In this document: one piece after another, positions 62,241 to 64,000 of the stretch
Layout: every line of letters starts with the position of its first letter
Position numbering within the stretch: position 1 is the stretch's first letter
NCBI GenBank assembly: GCA_964646215.1
Contig: CAZYAY010000006.1
Location: 2,747 to 66,746 of the forward strand
Origin: an uncultured Candidatus Kuenenia sp.
Lineage (GTDB): Bacteria; Planctomycetota; Planctomycetia; Gemmatales; Gemmataceae
Length of the DNA: 64,000 nt
Direction: 5' to 3'
Translations under genes and position numbers: made by a program
Notes under the pieces: model-generated
Databases searched by the model: none
The model's input: only the letters and a program-made list of their open reading frames with translations
Told to the model about the DNA's origin: nothing

Positions 62241-63704
62241 ATGAATATTAGTGAACCACAAGTTCTTTTGGGAAAAATAACAGCTTTAAGAGAAAAACTT
62301 GAAAAAGCTGTTCGCGAACCTATTTCCAATCATTTGATCGTGGAAGAAGGCTTTGATATTTTTGCAAGAAAAAACCGATTGGCTTCCAAACTTGCGTTAT
62401 CGGAGGAGTGTGATTCATTAATTATTGACGAAAGTATAGGGTCTCAAACTCCGAGGCTACCGGTCCAGCTTACCTCAAAGGCAAGAGAATTGCTGATTCA
62501 CGGTAAAGATTTGATTGGTGAGTTGCGTAACCTTGCCAATGCCTTCCTCCTTTATCGCACCGATGATGAAATAGCCTCTAAAAAAGGAACTCAAGAATCT
62601 GGCGCATTGTTAAAGCTATATCGTGAAACAACAGCGATGGCAGATACGGCTCTTCGTATGATTCCAAATTTTCCGGAATCTCCATCTAGCCAATTACAAC
62701 TTTGCGCTGGCGTGGAAGCCATTTTTCAGGTCATTTCCCAGAGATTAAGAATTCTCAAGCAGGCCTGCAGCGTAAAAGAGAAAGAGCTTGAAAAAATCAG
62801 TAAACTTGTGGAAATATTTGATGTCATTTTATCTGGAAGAAAACCTGATTTTCTCGAAGTGCAAATTATTGTTGAAGATATTCTTGAGGAAGTACGAAAC
62901 GGTGAAACACTAAGGCTTCTAAGGGAGGATATTGACTATCCAGCAAGGTATGTAGCTTGCAAAGGCCTCAATTTTGCAAGGGTCGTTGCGAGGGTGATAT
63001 TTCAAGATGCCCAATTACGGGTTGCAAGCATGGAAATAATTGCTGCTGCATTATTTCTTGATATAGGAATGATAAAAATCCAGTCATCAGGTTTGGTTGA
63101 ACCAGAACGAATCCATGGAAAATTATCGCGTGCTTATGAATCGCATTGTTTTATAGGTGCGGAATTACTTCGAGAATCATTTCCTCAAATGCCTTTACTT
63201 TCAGAAGCTGCGCTTTCACACCATGAGAATATTGATGGATCCGGTTTTCCATCCGGGTTTAAAGGGGCGGAAATATCCCCCGTGATCAGGTTTCTTGCGG
63301 TATGTGAAAGATACATTGCCCGATGCATGTCTTCTTCATTCGATAAACCGTTAAACACCAAAGGTGCATTAACATCAGTACTTATGGATAGCGAAGACGG
63401 AAAACTTGATAAAGTTTATGCTCGATTTTTGCTTGCAGTTTCTTTTTATCCATCCGGTACAGCAGTTGAGCTTTCGGATGGTTCCCTGGGGGTTGTTTTG
63501 GCAAATCCATTGTCAAAGTTAACAGAAATAGAATCCAACAATCAAATTGTTGCGGTATTACGGGAACCTGATGGCAGTTATCTACCCAAACCAAAGATTT
63601 TAGATCTTGCTGGCAGAACTTCGCCTGCGGTTCTTCGTTGTCTTTCGCAGCGGGAAAAAGATGATCTTATTGGGTCTGAATTCCCAGAGTGGAACTCGCA
63701 CTAA
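62241..63704 (+). CDS. HD-GYP-domain protein with a degenerate HD motif and an unassigned N-terminal region of about 270 aa
   Basis: HHENIDGSGFPSGFKG is the HD-GYP signature (HHE-x-x-DGSG-Y/F-P). The upstream metal-binding HD is replaced (ALFLDIGMIK against the canonical LHDIGK). ATG is at 62241; the ORF track alternative start is 62175. Confidence 0.75.
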   Translation: MNISEPQVLLGKITALREKLEKAVREPISNHLIVEEGFDIFARKNRLASKLALSEECDSLIIDESIGSQTPRLPVQLTSKARELLIHGKDLIGELRNLANAFLLYRTDDEIASKKGTQESGALLKLYRETTAMADTALRMIPNFPESPSSQLQLCAGVEAIFQVISQRLRILKQACSVKEKELEKISKLVEIFDVILSGRKPDFLEVQIIVEDILEEVRNGETLRLLREDIDYPARYVACKGLNFARVVARVIFQDAQLRVASMEIIAAALFLDIGMIKIQSSGLVEPERIHGKLSRAYESHCFIGAELLRESFPQMPLLSEAALSHHENIDGSGFPSGFKGAEISPVIRFLAVCERYIARCMSSSFDKPLNTKGALTSVLMDSEDGKLDKVYARFLLAVSFYPSGTAVELSDGSLGVVLANPLSKLTEIESNNQIVAVLREPDGSYLPKPKILDLAGRTSPAVLRCLSQREKDDLIGSEFPEWNSH

Positions 63705-63719
63705 TAAAGGTTTAGGAAA

Positions 63720-64000
63720 ATGTTTCCCAGACGTTACATAACCTATGTTGAAGCAACAAGGCATCCATGGCCTAATTTTATATTTCTGCTTCCCATTGTA
63801 ATTCTTTATGAGACTGCTGTCTGGTATTGCACTAATCATCAGGTAGATGGAGTTCGAAATGGTGCGGATGGTTGGTTAAGGCAGCATTTAGCCCTTTACG
63901 GTGTAAACCTTATATGGCTTCCCCCAGTATTACTTCTTTGTTTTTATGCATTTCAAAGCTTTTTAAGATGGTGGAGTCGGCCTTGTGAAAATATCGAGAC
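63720..64000 (+). CDS. Hypothetical membrane protein, N-terminal fragment that runs off the right edge
   Basis: Not in the ORF track because it is open at the edge. My own translation from ATG 63720 gives MFPRRYITYVEATRHPWPNFIFLLPIVILYETAVWYCTNHQVDGVRNGADGWLRQHLALYGVNLIWLPPVLLLCFYAF..., with two hydrophobic helices. It starts 16 nt after the preceding stop. Confidence 0.45.
   Translation, partial: MFPRRYITYVEATRHPWPNFIFLLPIVILYETAVWYCTNHQVDGVRNGADGWLRQHLALYGVNLIWLPPVLLLCFYAFQSFLRWWSRPCENIE

Overview
This is an AT-rich (about 40% G+C by eye), densely coding bacterial chromosomal segment made up mostly of core operons. It carries a complete F1Fo ATP synthase operon (two small AtpZ/AtpI-like genes plus atpBEFHAGDC, 13.7-21.5 kb) and a complete contiguous 14-gene complex I operon (nuoA-N, 33.6-48.9 kb). 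Also present are coaD, glgX, rho, xerD, rplM-rpsI, rny-ymdB, mutL, several peptidases and signalling proteins. The domain repertoire includes a Tat-exported Gfo/Idh/MocA oxidoreductase, DUF6807 'PmoA-like', DUF4432-like, DUF4912, a split DoxX, coiled-coil kinase-like proteins, a sigma-54 activator and a deoxyhypusine-synthase-like protein. This repertoire suggests a PVC-superphylum / Planctomycetota-like organism, but that is inference only. I saw no rRNA, tRNA, CRISPR array, IS element or prophage. Four things seem most worth follow-up. (1) A convergent two-operon locus at 4.2-13.5 kb joins DUF6807-POT transporter-DUF4432 to DUF4912-ApbE-split DoxX-Tat-exported dehydrogenase; the dehydrogenase has a low-complexity loop with an SGAT motif that could be an ApbE flavinylation site. 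(2) Complex I has large lineage-specific insertions or extra helices in NuoH, NuoJ, NuoK and NuoM, and an APH/kinase-fold gene is translationally coupled to nuoN. (3) A 1125-aa protein combines a degenerate FHA domain, about 650 aa of coiled coil and a catalytically dead kinase domain. (4) ATP synthase has an insertion of about 45 aa in the alpha subunit, a signal-peptide-like extension on the c subunit and a His-rich tail on the a subunit. All family assignments come from motif recognition in the translations. No database search was run.
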